A stretch of DNA of 64,000 nt, from assembly GCA_040876265.1 (NCBI GenBank), contig JBBDPN010000001.1, positions 53,691 through 117,690 of the forward strand, read 5' to 3'. Positions within the stretch are counted from its first letter, which is position 1, and each line of letters starts with the position of its first letter. A program made the position numbers and the translations under genes. This DNA comes from Candidatus Woykebacteria bacterium (GTDB lineage: Bacteria; Patescibacteriota; Microgenomatia; Woykebacterales; RBG-16-39-9b). The notes under the pieces were generated by a model. It did not search any database and was not told where the DNA came from. It saw only the letters and a list, made by a program, of their open reading frames with translations. Shown piece after piece: positions 8,632-17,985 of the stretch.

Positions 8632-10644
8632 ATGTCTGAAAATCTCGTTATTGTTGAGTCCCCGACAAAAGCAAGAACGTTGTCGCGTTTCTTAGGCAGT
8701 AAATATAAAATCGAAGCCTCAATGGGTCACGTTCGTGACCTACCAAAAGCCAAAATTGGTGTTGACGTCGATCACGATTTTGAACCTGCGTACGTAATTC
8801 CAAAAAGTAAAAGAAAAACAGTCGAAAATCTGCGTGATATTTTACGCAGTGCCAAAAATATTATCCTAGCTACTGACCCAGATAGAGAAGGAGAAGCAAT
8901 TGCTTGGCACGTTCAATATCTAGCAACTGAAGATCAAAAAGCAAAAAGCAAAAAGCAAAAGGCAGAACCCAAGTTCTCCCGCATTGTTTTCCATGAAATC
9001 ACCAAAGAAGCGGTACAGGAGGCCCTGAGGAGTCCCAGAACTATTAATTTGAAGCTAGTGGATGCCCAAGTGGGCCGGAGAGTTTTGGACCGATTGGTTG
9101 GTTATAGACTTTCGCCACTGCTTTGGAAAAAAGTGAAAAGCGGTCTTTCAGCCGGTCGAGTCCAGTCAGTGGCGGTCCGGCTGATCGTCGAAAGAGAGCG
9201 GGAGATAGAACAATTTGTGCCGGTCGAATATTGGAGTATTGAAGCGCTGCTCCGAAGTCAAAACGATGAATTTGTGGCACAGCTATCACAAAAAGACGGG
9301 AAGAAAATAGAAATTGGAAATGAAAAGCAGGCAAAATCTATTACAAAAGAATTAGAAAGCAAGGATACACGTTGGGAAGTAGTCAAAAAAGAGGAAAAGG
9401 AAGCTAAAAAATACCCCGCGCCACCGTTTACCACTTCAACAATGACGCAAACAGGAGCCAACAATTTTGGGTTTACCTCAAAAAAGACTATGAAACTCGC
9501 CCAGGATCTATACGAGCATGGGTTGATTACTTACCACCGCACCGATTCGGTAAACCTATCACCGATAGCTTTAGCTGCGGCCAGAAAATTTATTGATAAG
9601 CAGTTTGGTAAGCAATATCTTCCGAGCTCAAGCAGGATCTACAAAACTAAAAGTAAGATTGCCCAGGAGGCCCACGAAGCGGTACGGCCTACTGATGTAA
9701 GCAAGCAGCAGGTAGAAGCTGGAAAACAGCTAAGTCGAGACCACCAAAAGCTGTACGAACTTATCTGGAAAAGATTTGTAGCTAGCCAAATGGCCGAAGC
9801 AGTTTATGATCAGGTGAGTTTGGATATCGTCGCGGGTAAGTATACATTTAGAGCAGCTGGGTCTGTTGTTAAATTTCCTGGGTACCAGAAAGTTTATGGG
9901 CGCAAAGAAGGTGATGTTGCCGGTGACGGGGATAAAAAAATACCGCCATTGCCGGAGGGAACGAAATTGGATTTAGTAAAGCTGTTCTCGGAGCAGCATT
10001 TCACAGAGTCACTACCAAGATACACTGAGGCGAGCCTCATAAAGACTCTAGAAGAAAAGGGAATCGGCCGTCCCAGTACTTACGCTCCGATTATTTCAAC
10101 CATACAAGAAAGAAATTACGTAGAGCTGCAGCAGCGAAAGTTTCGACCAACACCGCTTGGTGCGGCTGCTAACGATTTTCTAGTGAAATATTTTCCAGGC
10201 GTTTTTGACTACAGTTTTACGGCTAAGATGGAAGAGTCACTGGATGACATTGCCGCCGGAGAGAAAAAATGGGTGCCGGTTATCGCCGAGTTTTACGGAC
10301 CGTTTAATAAGGAGGTGGAGAAAGTGACGGAGGAGAGTGGCCGAGTAAAAATATTCCACGAGTTGACAGACGAAAAATGCCCTGAAGGTCACCCCCTGAT
10401 AATACGCTACGGTCGTTTTGGTAAATTTCTCGCTTGTGAAAATTTCCCAGATCACAAATACACCAAAGCTTTTGAGGAGAAAACTGACTCAAAATGCCCG
10501 GAAAGTGCTGATCCAATAGTAATAAAAAGAACCAGAAGAGGCCGCCCATTTTACGGTTGCAGCGGCTACCCCAAGTGTAAATGGATGAGCTGGCGTTTGC
10601 CAAAAGAATCCTCGGTTATCGGTCAAGAAGCAGCGGGAGCGTAA
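8632..10644 (+). CDS. topA: DNA topoisomerase I
   Basis: LVIVESPTK, ATDPDREGEAI, SAGRVQS, ITYHRTDS, GIGRPSTY, C-terminal zinc-ribbon-like repeats. Confidence 0.98.
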   Translation: MSENLVIVESPTKARTLSRFLGSKYKIEASMGHVRDLPKAKIGVDVDHDFEPAYVIPKSKRKTVENLRDILRSAKNIILATDPDREGEAIAWHVQYLATEDQKAKSKKQKAEPKFSRIVFHEITKEAVQEALRSPRTINLKLVDAQVGRRVLDRLVGYRLSPLLWKKVKSGLSAGRVQSVAVRLIVEREREIEQFVPVEYWSIEALLRSQNDEFVAQLSQKDGKKIEIGNEKQAKSITKELESKDTRWEVVKKEEKEAKKYPAPPFTTSTMTQTGANNFGFTSKKTMKLAQDLYEHGLITYHRTDSVNLSPIALAAARKFIDKQFGKQYLPSSSRIYKTKSKIAQEAHEAVRPTDVSKQQVEAGKQLSRDHQKLYELIWKRFVASQMAEAVYDQVSLDIVAGKYTFRAAGSVVKFPGYQKVYGRKEGDVAGDGDKKIPPLPEGTKLDLVKLFSEQHFTESLPRYTEASLIKTLEEKGIGRPSTYAPIISTIQERNYVELQQRKFRPTPLGAAANDFLVKYFPGVFDYSFTAKMEESLDDIAAGEKKWVPVIAEFYGPFNKEVEKVTEESGRVKIFHELTDEKCPEGHPLIIRYGRFGKFLACENFPDHKYTKAFEEKTDSKCPESADPIVIKRTRRGRPFYGCSGYPKCKWMSWRLPKESSVIGQEAAGA

Positions 10645-10674
10645 CCGTCCATGTTAAAATTAAAATAATCTGCC

Positions 10675-11910
10675 ATGGTTGAATTTATCATTTTTTTGAT
10701 TCTTTTTACACTCTCCGCTTTTTTTGCCGCCAGTGAAACGAGCATTTTTTCGGTTGGTAAATTTAAACTACATTCTTTGGTAAAAGAAGGTAAACCTGGT
10801 GCCGGTGCACTGGATAGACTTAAAAGTAACCCGAATAGACTCCTGGCTACTATTTTGGTTGGCAACAACATCGTCAACGTCCTTATCGCTTCTTACGCTA
10901 CTTTTTTGGCGACAGAAATCTTCGGCTCTTTAGGGGTTGGTTTGGCTACGGGTGGGGTGACCGTAGTTCTTTTAATTGTAGGTGAAACTGTACCAAAAAG
11001 TTTTGCTGCGCACCGGCCGATAGGTATGGCTCTTTTTGCGGCCCCATTGCTGGAAATAATTAGTACCTTTCTTTATCCAGTTGTAATTATTCTGGAACGC
11101 TTGTCCACTTTCTTTACACATTTGTTTGCCGAAGCTGGTACCGAGGCAGTAACCGAAGAAGAGTTGAAGAGTGTTATTGCGGTCAGTGAGGAAGCCGGGC
11201 TTTTAGGGAAAGACGCCGCTGAAATAATGGAAAACGTGATCGAATTTGAAGATGTGAAGGTAGGTGAGGTCATGACCCCCGAAATCTCGGTTGTTTATTT
11301 GGACGGTAATAAAACTTTGCGAGAAGTGATGGGGACAATTGTCAAAAGCGATTACTCCCGCTTTCCGGTTTTTGAAGGTGATGAAGAAAACGTCACTGGT
11401 GTCTTTGATGTCGATTTTGCCCTGCGCGAAATCCAAAAGAGAAGTTGGGACACTAGAGTAAAAGAGCTTACCGTTCCACCTTTTATTGTTCCTGAGGGTA
11501 AAAAGGTGTCGGAGCTGCTTTCTGATTTCGCGAGACTGAAGAAAAAAATCGCGCTTGTAGTGGATGAACACGGTAGTTTTGTGGGAGTTGCTTCTCTAGA
11601 AGACGTGCTAGAAGAAATCGTCGGTGATATTTTTGATAAGAGTGTGAGAATGGAGAAATTTGTTAAGAAGGGCAAAGGAGGTGCGTTAGAAATAGCTGGC
11701 TCTACCCGTGTCGCTGACCTAGAGAAATTCCTTCACGTAAATCTTAAAGGCGAAGGTTTTACTACTCTAGCAGGGCTCATCCAAACTCAAATTGGCCGGA
11801 TACCCAAAAAAGGTGAACAAATTCGCCTGAAACATTTCGAAATAGAGGTTGAAGATGCAGACGAAAGAAGTATCCACAAAGTAAGACTCTACCGACTCCC
11901 CACTATCTAA
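10675..11910 (+). CDS. CNNM/CorB (hemolysin-family) protein: DUF21 + CBS pair + CorC_HlyC
   Basis: SAFFAASETS, TILVGNNIVN, GETVPKS, YSRFPV, VVDEHG..LEDVLEEIVGDI. Confidence 0.93.
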   Translation: MVEFIIFLILFTLSAFFAASETSIFSVGKFKLHSLVKEGKPGAGALDRLKSNPNRLLATILVGNNIVNVLIASYATFLATEIFGSLGVGLATGGVTVVLLIVGETVPKSFAAHRPIGMALFAAPLLEIISTFLYPVVIILERLSTFFTHLFAEAGTEAVTEEELKSVIAVSEEAGLLGKDAAEIMENVIEFEDVKVGEVMTPEISVVYLDGNKTLREVMGTIVKSDYSRFPVFEGDEENVTGVFDVDFALREIQKRSWDTRVKELTVPPFIVPEGKKVSELLSDFARLKKKIALVVDEHGSFVGVASLEDVLEEIVGDIFDKSVRMEKFVKKGKGGALEIAGSTRVADLEKFLHVNLKGEGFTTLAGLIQTQIGRIPKKGEQIRLKHFEIEVEDADERSIHKVRLYRLPTI

Positions 11911-11995
11911 ACCCCGTAGGTTGAAATATGACTCATAGTGTGATATAATTCTCCAAATTTTTTAGTTCCCGAAAGGGAGGGAAGGAGACCAACAG

Positions 11996-12844
11996 TTGAA
12001 AGGGATCATAGTCGTACTAGGCGCAATCCTAGTCCTTGCTCTCTTCGCTACTGGTTCAGTCCGGGGTGAGGACGTAAGGGAAGGCTACTGTTTGGGCCTC
12101 GAGCAGAGCAGTGCAGGGGTTCAACCATCCGCTGCTGCGAATGCGGGCGGCCAAAGCGAATTCCGTGGTGATGAAGTCGGCGCCAACTCCAGCTTCTTTA
12201 TCACCCTGGCCGACGGCACGGAGGCTCACACCTTCGTTTCGGCCAGCGATTTCCGGTTCAAGGAGAACAGGTCCAGCACCGCTGGGTCAAGCATCTTCGT
12301 GGATCTGTTTCTGATAGACGTCGGTAACCCAGACGATTACTGTGACGACGTGTTCCAGTACTTCTACGGGTTTGCGGATCTTGCCACGGATCAATTCGAC
12401 GTCGGTCGGGACCTGTCATCCGCCAACCTGAACGCGATGGTGGAGGTCTGCACGGATCCATTTGACCCTTGGTCGAAATGCCACGAGGTCAAAATCAGCA
12501 AGTTGGTCTGGGGTGAGCCCGGTGGTCTGTACCACGATTGGGGTAGCAACCACCACCGGGACGATACCGGTTGCAGGAGCGACAGCTCGCACAACATCAA
12601 AAGCCGTGACGCGGTAGCAACTGGCAGTATCACGTTCGATGGTCAGCAACTAGCGCCAGGACCTTCGGACTGGGCCAGCATCTACAGCTCGGTCTTTAAG
12701 GATAAGAGCCGTGGGTGTTTCTACGCCGAGTACTGCCAACTGGAACTGGGCGCAGTCGGCAGGGCCAATCCTCTAGAGCTGGATCGCCTGTCGGCCAGGA
12801 CTGCAGGGACCATCGTGCCGGCAGCCTGCTTGGAAACACGCTAG
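11996..12844 (+). CDS. Hypothetical secreted protein (orphan)
   Basis: Strong SD, TTG start, signal peptide; followed by a GC-rich hairpin near 12866-12908. Confidence 0.6.
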   Translation: MKGIIVVLGAILVLALFATGSVRGEDVREGYCLGLEQSSAGVQPSAAANAGGQSEFRGDEVGANSSFFITLADGTEAHTFVSASDFRFKENRSSTAGSSIFVDLFLIDVGNPDDYCDDVFQYFYGFADLATDQFDVGRDLSSANLNAMVEVCTDPFDPWSKCHEVKISKLVWGEPGGLYHDWGSNHHRDDTGCRSDSSHNIKSRDAVATGSITFDGQQLAPGPSDWASIYSSVFKDKSRGCFYAEYCQLELGAVGRANPLELDRLSARTAGTIVPAACLETR

Positions 12845-13067
12845 CCCAGCGTATTTCCCCGTCGACCGGAGCGCAGCAATACCCTTCCAAAGGTGAGCTG
12901 CGCTCCGGTAACTCTTAAGCAAATCTCTTCTTACACTGAGGTTCTGAGATATTTTAAATCTTACATCTTATATCTTACGTCTAAGGAAAGGTTTGTTTAA
13001 TAGTGCCTTGAAGACAGAGTGGTTTTAAGGCAAGGTAAGAGGGTAGAAGTAGAAGTAGGAGTAGAGA

Positions 13068-13190
13068 GTGTGTGAGAGACCAGGCAAACGACGTCGCTGC
13101 TCAGCGGACAGATACATGCCGCTCATTATTATCTTGGGGGTAATTGCAATCGCTGCACTTATACCTTTCGGGTTAAGCGTACTAAAGTAG
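13068..13190 (+). CDS. Small hydrophobic peptide (not in ORF track)
   Basis: AGGAG SD then GTG 13068 (or ATG 13116); ..MPLIIILGVIAIAALIPFGLSVLK*. The stop abuts the SD of the next gene. Confidence 0.4.
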   Translation: MCERPGKRRRCSADRYMPLIIILGVIAIAALIPFGLSVLK

Positions 13191-13199
13191 GAGGATATC

Positions 13200-13640
13200 A
13201 TGAAAATACCACCCAAGTGGCAGCAGGTCCTGATCGTTGGATCGTTCGTAGTCGGCTTGGTATTCATCGGGTTGGGTGTCCTTAGTGTGCCTTCCGACGG
13301 AATCGATCCAAGTGTAGAGGTCGAAGAGTCCGCTGATAGGATCATAGATCTGGACAACGATGACGTGGACGATGAGATTGACAACTGTCCACAGGATGCC
13401 AACGCGGACCAGGACGATTTCGATGGCGACGGTATTGGTTCTGCGTGCGACCCAGACCTGGATAACGATGGGGTGGAGAACGGGGAGGATAACTGTCCAA
13501 ACGTGCCGAACGAGAACCAGGCCCCTGGGCGGTTCGTAGACACGTATGGTAACAGACTCGGAGATGCGTGTGACGACCTGCCGTTCCCGGTTCATGATGG
13601 CCCCACGAGTTTTAACTTGAGGGGCCTTCTTGCTTGTTGA
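13200..13640 (+). CDS. Membrane-anchored thrombospondin type-3 repeat (Ca-binding) protein
   Basis: N-terminal TM; DNCP..NADQDDFDGDGIGSACD repeats; GGAGG SD. Confidence 0.8.
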   Translation: MKIPPKWQQVLIVGSFVVGLVFIGLGVLSVPSDGIDPSVEVEESADRIIDLDNDDVDDEIDNCPQDANADQDDFDGDGIGSACDPDLDNDGVENGEDNCPNVPNENQAPGRFVDTYGNRLGDACDDLPFPVHDGPTSFNLRGLLAC

Positions 13641-13657
13641 ACCTAGAAATTAAGGGC

Positions 13658-13686
13658 TTGCATGGTCGTTATATAATATCTACAAT
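13658..13686 (+). promoter_or_regulatory. Sigma70-type promoter of the large ncRNA
   Basis: TTGCAT (13658-13663), 17-nt spacer, TACAAT (13681-13686). The predicted start near 13693 coincides with the closing stem. Confidence 0.7.
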
Positions 13687-13693
13687 AAAATTA

Positions 13694-14303
13694 GTCCCCC
13701 AAGACAAGGTTAGCAAACGTTGTTTTGAGGGAGAAGTGGATCGTCCGTCGCCGGAGCTTTTTGGTTCGCCATCGAGTACGGATGACACAAAGGGTGATCG
13801 ACTTTTTCAGGAGCCTTTCGGCCTGAAGTCTGTTTCGGCAGGCGGGTTCAAACGCTGTTGCTTTCCCAGTGAGGCATAAGTGGAGATCTCCTCACGAGGA
13901 GTCAATTCCGCAGAAAACCTTCTGGGTTGTGATGACATGCTGAGAGTGAACCCCAGGTTGAACGGTTCTGAGCGGTTGGTTCAAGCGTAATAGTGCACCG
14001 GAGGAATCCATGCATATGGCTGAACCCAGGACCTAGTCCTTGCGAGTCCGTGCTCGGTAGGGGCTAGGTCAAAGCCGGATCTTGCGTTAGTTTAGAGATC
14101 ACAATCGAATATAAGGAGAGTGATTGGTCGTAGTGGGGAGCATTGGTGGGTAGTAGTGAGCCCGGGCTCGCCAAACTCTTGCCATGTTGGATTCCCCCTG
14201 TGCTTGCACCGACCCCCACCGAAAGGCGGAAGTGCTCCTAGCGAGTATCTTGTTGCCTTTCGGTCTCTCCCAAGCCAACATCTATTTGATTTTGGTTTAG
14301 GAC
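13694..14303 (+). ncRNA. ole: Large structured ncRNA, probable OLE RNA (~610 nt)
   Basis: The 5' end (gtcc..aagacaaggttag..tgttttgagggaga) pairs with the 3' end (tctctcccaagccaaca..ttgattttggtttaggac). Many internal hairpins. Collinear motifs recalled from OLE: GUGGAU, GCUUUUUG, AAACGCU, GCAGAAAACC, GUAAUAGUGCACCGGAGGAAUCCAUGCAUAUGGCUGAA, AAAGCCGGAUCUUG, UGGAUU..CCCUGUG. Own promoter and terminator. Confidence 0.85.
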
Positions 14304-14307
14304 AAGA

Positions 14308-14349
14308 AATGACCCCGCTTTTTCATGAAGCAATGGGGTCGTTTTTTTT
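14308..14349 (+). terminator. Intrinsic terminator of the ncRNA
   Basis: aatgacccc-gctt..aagc-aat-ggggtcgtt stem followed by a T-run. Confidence 0.8.
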
Positions 14350-14439
14350 AGCCCACGAACTCCGATTTGATCGGAGGAAGTGGTCGCAACACGCGAGAGT
14401 AATAAAAAATCTTGTATTTCGAAGTACGGAGCGTGCTAT
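14348..14439 (+). repeat. Dispersed structured repeat, copy B (upstream of dcd)
   Basis: ttagcccacgaactccgatttgatcggaggaagtggtcgca..gtgctat. Confidence 0.85.
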
Positions 14440-14544
14440 TGGAGAAAATTTAGGTTAAGGAGTTGTCAAAGAAATCCTGCAATGATATTCTAATTGCGCG
14501 GAGGGCCTGTGCTAATTTAGAGCTTTTACGGGCAGGCAGGTGTA

Positions 14545-15114
14545 ATGATTCTTTCCGACAAAGATATAAGAACCTCTTTAAAGAACGGTAGAATAAAAAT
14601 CACTCCAAAACCAGATCTAGCTGAGCAACTTGGTCCTTGTACCATTGATTTTCATTTGGGAAAAAGTTTCAAAATCTTCAATCACTCCAAATATCCCTTT
14701 ATAGATCCAAGAGATAAGAAAGTCTCAAAAGAGCTTATGAAAGAAATTTCGGTCCCCAAAGACGAGCCGTTTATTATGCGGCCGGGAGAATTTTGCCTGG
14801 CGACCACAGTTGAAAATTTGCAACTTGCTGACGATCTGATCGGTAGGCTCGAGGGGAGAAGTAGTTTGGGTCGGATTGGAATTATTGTCCATTCAACCGC
14901 GGCTCGGTTTGACCCAGGCTGGATAGGTAAACCGGTGATGGAGTTAGGGAATATTGGAGTAATGCCAGTAGCGCTTTATCCTGGCATGAGGATATGTTCT
15001 TTCACTTTCGAACAACTTTCCTCCCCAGCTCTGGTTCCTTATACTCAGAAAAAAGGAGCCAAGTACGCCGGGCAGAAGACACCAGAATCTTCAAAATTAG
15101 CGGAGGAATTTTAA
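14545..15114 (+). CDS. dcd: dCTP deaminase
   Basis: MILSDKDI, EGRSSLGRIG, FDPGWIG..MELGN, YPGMRIC, KYAGQ. Confidence 0.92.
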   Translation: MILSDKDIRTSLKNGRIKITPKPDLAEQLGPCTIDFHLGKSFKIFNHSKYPFIDPRDKKVSKELMKEISVPKDEPFIMRPGEFCLATTVENLQLADDLIGRLEGRSSLGRIGIIVHSTAARFDPGWIGKPVMELGNIGVMPVALYPGMRICSFTFEQLSSPALVPYTQKKGAKYAGQKTPESSKLAEEF

Positions 15115-15117
15115 GCT

Positions 15118-15657
15118 ATGGTACTAGGTGTGGATAAGCTAAAGAAATTGGTCAAAGAAATTAATTTGGTTGAGGCCCTAGGTCCACGCGATCTGGAAAA
15201 TCCAGAAGGGGCTGGTTTTGATCTTCGGCTCGGAGAAGTATTTGAAATTTCCGGCGAGACGGTTCTTGCTATAGAAAAGAGAAAAACGGTTGAGAGTAAA
15301 TCCGTTGCAAAATACAAGGAAGGTAAATCGGAATTTATCACCATCGAACCAGGAGATTTCTATCTTGGTAAGACAATTGAATCTGTGAACCTGCCGGATA
15401 GTTTGGCAGCTACTCTGCACCCTAGGTCTACCACCTTCCGCTCTGGTTTGTGGCTAGGCACGACCCAGATTGCACCCGGTTACAGAGGCCCACTGACGTT
15501 TTCAATAAAAAATTTGGGCCCGTCCAATGTAAAAATTGAACTTGGAGCAAGAGTGTTGCACGTAATGTTTTGGGAAGTAGCCGGTAAAGGTGCAAGTTAC
15601 CGCGGCCAATGGCAAGGCGGTCGGGTAACGAGCAAAGGTGAAGAAAAACAAGTTTAA
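15118..15657 (+). CDS. dCTP-deaminase/dUTPase-fold paralog, possibly a dUTPase
   Basis: GFDLRLG, PRSTTFRSG, APGYRGPLTF, C-terminal YRGQWQG. Confidence 0.75.
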   Translation: MVLGVDKLKKLVKEINLVEALGPRDLENPEGAGFDLRLGEVFEISGETVLAIEKRKTVESKSVAKYKEGKSEFITIEPGDFYLGKTIESVNLPDSLAATLHPRSTTFRSGLWLGTTQIAPGYRGPLTFSIKNLGPSNVKIELGARVLHVMFWEVAGKGASYRGQWQGGRVTSKGEEKQV

Positions 15658-15677
15658 AAAACCCTGACCCACCAGCC

Positions 15678-15702
15678 AATGACAGGGACGGTCCTTGTCA
15701 GC
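15678..15702. repeat. Short palindromic repeat tgacagggacggtccttgtca
   Basis: A similar copy (tgacaaggcctggccttgtca) lies near 26249-26270. Confidence 0.55.
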
Positions 15703-15704
15703 CG

Positions 15705-16670
15705 ATGAAAGTTATGGAAAAGAACCATCCTGAATATCAATATTTAGATTTGTTGGAGGAAGCTCTGGAGAAGGGAATAAAAAAAGTGGATCGAGGGACG
15801 GATATTGTGCTTTACAGTCTATTTGGTCGGCAGACCAGATACGATCTTTCCAAGGGTTTTCCACTCCTGACCACAAAAAAAGTTTATTGGAAAGGAGTTC
15901 TCCACGAGCTCTATTGGTTTATGGCGGGCCAGTCCAACATTAAGTATCTTGTCGATAATAATGTTCACATTTGGGATGATTACCCGTACAAAATTTACGT
16001 TTTAAAGAATAAAGAAAGAAAGCTCCTTAGCAAAGAAGAGTTCATCGAAAAAATCGCTGAAGATCTTAGTTTCGCAAAAAAATGGGGACAGCTGCCTAGG
16101 ATTTACGGAGAAATGTGGCGCCGTTGGCCCACGAGGACGAAAAGGACCGTCGACCAGCTGAAATGGGTTATCGAGGAGCTAAAAGAAGACCCAGACGCGA
16201 AAAATTTAATAGTAAATTCCTGGAACCCCGAGTATCTTTACACGATGGCAACCCTAAAAGACACTTCCAGATTTCCCATCTGCCACAATATGTATCAGGT
16301 TTCCCAGCGAGACGGCAAGCTTTCTCTGCAGCTCTACCAAAGAAGTGCAGACCTTTTTCTTGGAGTGCCATTCAACATAGCTAGCTATTCCTTACTAACC
16401 ATAATTTTGGCGCGGATAACTGGTTATGAGCCTGGTGAGTTTATCCACACCTTTGGTGATGTCCACATCTACGAAAATCACGTCGATCAGGTGAAGGAGC
16501 AGTTAACTAGGAAACCAAAAAAGTTTCCAACTGTAAAAATTGATCCTTCTGTACGAAATCTTGATGATTTTCACCCGGATCTCGTTGCCCTAGAAAATTA
16601 CGAGCCATATCCTGCAATACGTGGTGAACTTACAGTTGCCGGTGGGTATTATGAAAAGACCAAGAATTAG
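15705..16670 (+). CDS. thyA: Thymidylate synthase
   Basis: DRGT, FPLLTTKKV, IWDD, PICH, YQRSADLFLGVPFNIASY, GDVHIYENH. Confidence 0.97.
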   Translation: MKVMEKNHPEYQYLDLLEEALEKGIKKVDRGTDIVLYSLFGRQTRYDLSKGFPLLTTKKVYWKGVLHELYWFMAGQSNIKYLVDNNVHIWDDYPYKIYVLKNKERKLLSKEEFIEKIAEDLSFAKKWGQLPRIYGEMWRRWPTRTKRTVDQLKWVIEELKEDPDAKNLIVNSWNPEYLYTMATLKDTSRFPICHNMYQVSQRDGKLSLQLYQRSADLFLGVPFNIASYSLLTIILARITGYEPGEFIHTFGDVHIYENHVDQVKEQLTRKPKKFPTVKIDPSVRNLDDFHPDLVALENYEPYPAIRGELTVAGGYYEKTKN

Positions 16671-17136
16671 TATTATTGCGGCGATTGGGAAAAATAGAGA
16701 GTTGGGTAAAGATAATAAACTTCTTTGGCATATCTCTGAAGATCTCAAAAGATTTAAGAAATTGACAACCGGCCACCCAATCATAATGGGCCGGAAAACT
16801 TTTGATTCGATCGGCAGGGTGCTGCCAAACAGAGTAAATATTGTCGTAACCCGCGACGATTCTTTTAAACAGGACGACGTGCTGGCATGCAATTCAATTA
16901 AAGAGGCGCTGGAGAAAGCTGAATCGGTGGAAAATGATGAAATATTTATTATCGGTGGTGGGCAAATATTTGAACAAATTATCAAATTTGCTGATCGGCT
17001 CTATCTTACTGTAGTCGAGGGTGGGTACGAAGCTGATGCCTTTTTCCCAGATTACTCAAAGTTTAAAACTATAGTTTCCAGCCAAAACGGCGAGTCCGAA
17101 GGGTTGAGATATAAATATGTAGTATTGGAGAGATAA
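16651..17136 (+). CDS. folA: Dihydrofolate reductase
   Basis: IIAAIGKNRELG..LLWHISEDLKRFK, IMGRKT, LPNR, IIGGGQI, DAFFP. Confidence 0.96.
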   Translation: MKRPRISIIAAIGKNRELGKDNKLLWHISEDLKRFKKLTTGHPIIMGRKTFDSIGRVLPNRVNIVVTRDDSFKQDDVLACNSIKEALEKAESVENDEIFIIGGGQIFEQIIKFADRLYLTVVEGGYEADAFFPDYSKFKTIVSSQNGESEGLRYKYVVLER

Positions 17137-17137
17137 T

Positions 17138-17175
17138 CGAAGGGACAGCAGGACCACGCCGCCCCTTCGTTTTTG
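17138..17175 (+). terminator. Probable terminator after folA
   Basis: cgaaggg..cccttcg stem followed by a T-run. Confidence 0.5.
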
Positions 17176-17185
17176 GACTCTCCGT

Positions 17186-17860
17186 TTAGTTTAGGAAAGC
17201 TATGCGATCTTCCTCCACTGCCTTTAGGACTTCATTAAGATTGTCAAATAAGAAATCCGGATCTTCCGTATCTAGCCGGTCCTTGTCGTGGAAACCTTCA
17301 CAGACCGCAACCGAAACTACACCGACCTCCTTGGCTTGTTGGATATCATAAACGGTGTCTCCGACGTAGAGGGCGTGTCTGGGGTTTGTGACCCCAAATT
17401 GAGACAACAGCTTACGAATACCGTCAGCTTTGCTCCGCGAGTCTCCCATGAAAACCGATACCAGACTAGATAAGCCGTACTGGTCGGCTTCTTCACGAAG
17501 GTGGGCTAACGGGTGTGTGCTTAACACTCCTATAGTGAAGCCCTTACTTTTGAGCAAGTGGAGCAGCTGTTTGGCGTTTGGATAGGCCTGGGGGACTATC
17601 CCGTCTGCTTTCACGCCGTCTAGTACCCTATGGTACCACTCCTGGTGTTCTTGGTCAGTACCCGCTATCCCATGATCTCTCATGATTTCGGCTGCAGTCA
17701 GTCTGGTTCGCGGGCGCCACTGCTCAAGAGTTAGTCTGGGAAGCCCCTGTTCTTCGAACATCCGGTTGTTTGCTTCACAGATCACAATCGGGTCGTTGCT
17801 CAGGACTCCACTCCAGTCGAAAAAGGCGTGCGAAATTATCTCTGGTTTTGACAAGACCAA
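17186..17860 (-). CDS. HAD-family hydrolase (phosphoglycolate-phosphatase-like)
   Basis: FFDWSGVL motif I; YVGDTVYDIQQAK motif IV. Confidence 0.85.
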   Translation of the reverse strand: MVLSKPEIISHAFFDWSGVLSNDPIVICEANNRMFEEQGLPRLTLEQWRPRTRLTAAEIMRDHGIAGTDQEHQEWYHRVLDGVKADGIVPQAYPNAKQLLHLLKSKGFTIGVLSTHPLAHLREEADQYGLSSLVSVFMGDSRSKADGIRKLLSQFGVTNPRHALYVGDTVYDIQQAKEVGVVSVAVCEGFHDKDRLDTEDPDFLFDNLNEVLKAVEEDRIAFLN

Positions 17861-17985
17861 CCTCCTTACTAGTGGAAAGTTTAACCGTTGGTGGTACTGT
17901 AAGCAAGAGTAGTTTTTAGGTGCTTATAAGGGTGCGGGCAAGGAATTTATTGCTACTGAAGATTTTTTATGTCAAAATCGTTTCG

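Noticed and set aside
13694-14303. Alternative identities for the RNA: RNase P, tmRNA, group II intron, rRNA fragment
   Set aside because: No GAGGAAAGUCC, no tRNA-like ends with CCA, no GUGCG start or domain V, and no rRNA motifs seen.
13634-14458. ORFs 13634-13879, 14120-14458 and 14099-14281
   Set aside because: No protein-like motifs. They cross the ncRNA promoter, stems, terminator and repeat, so they are treated as shadow ORFs.
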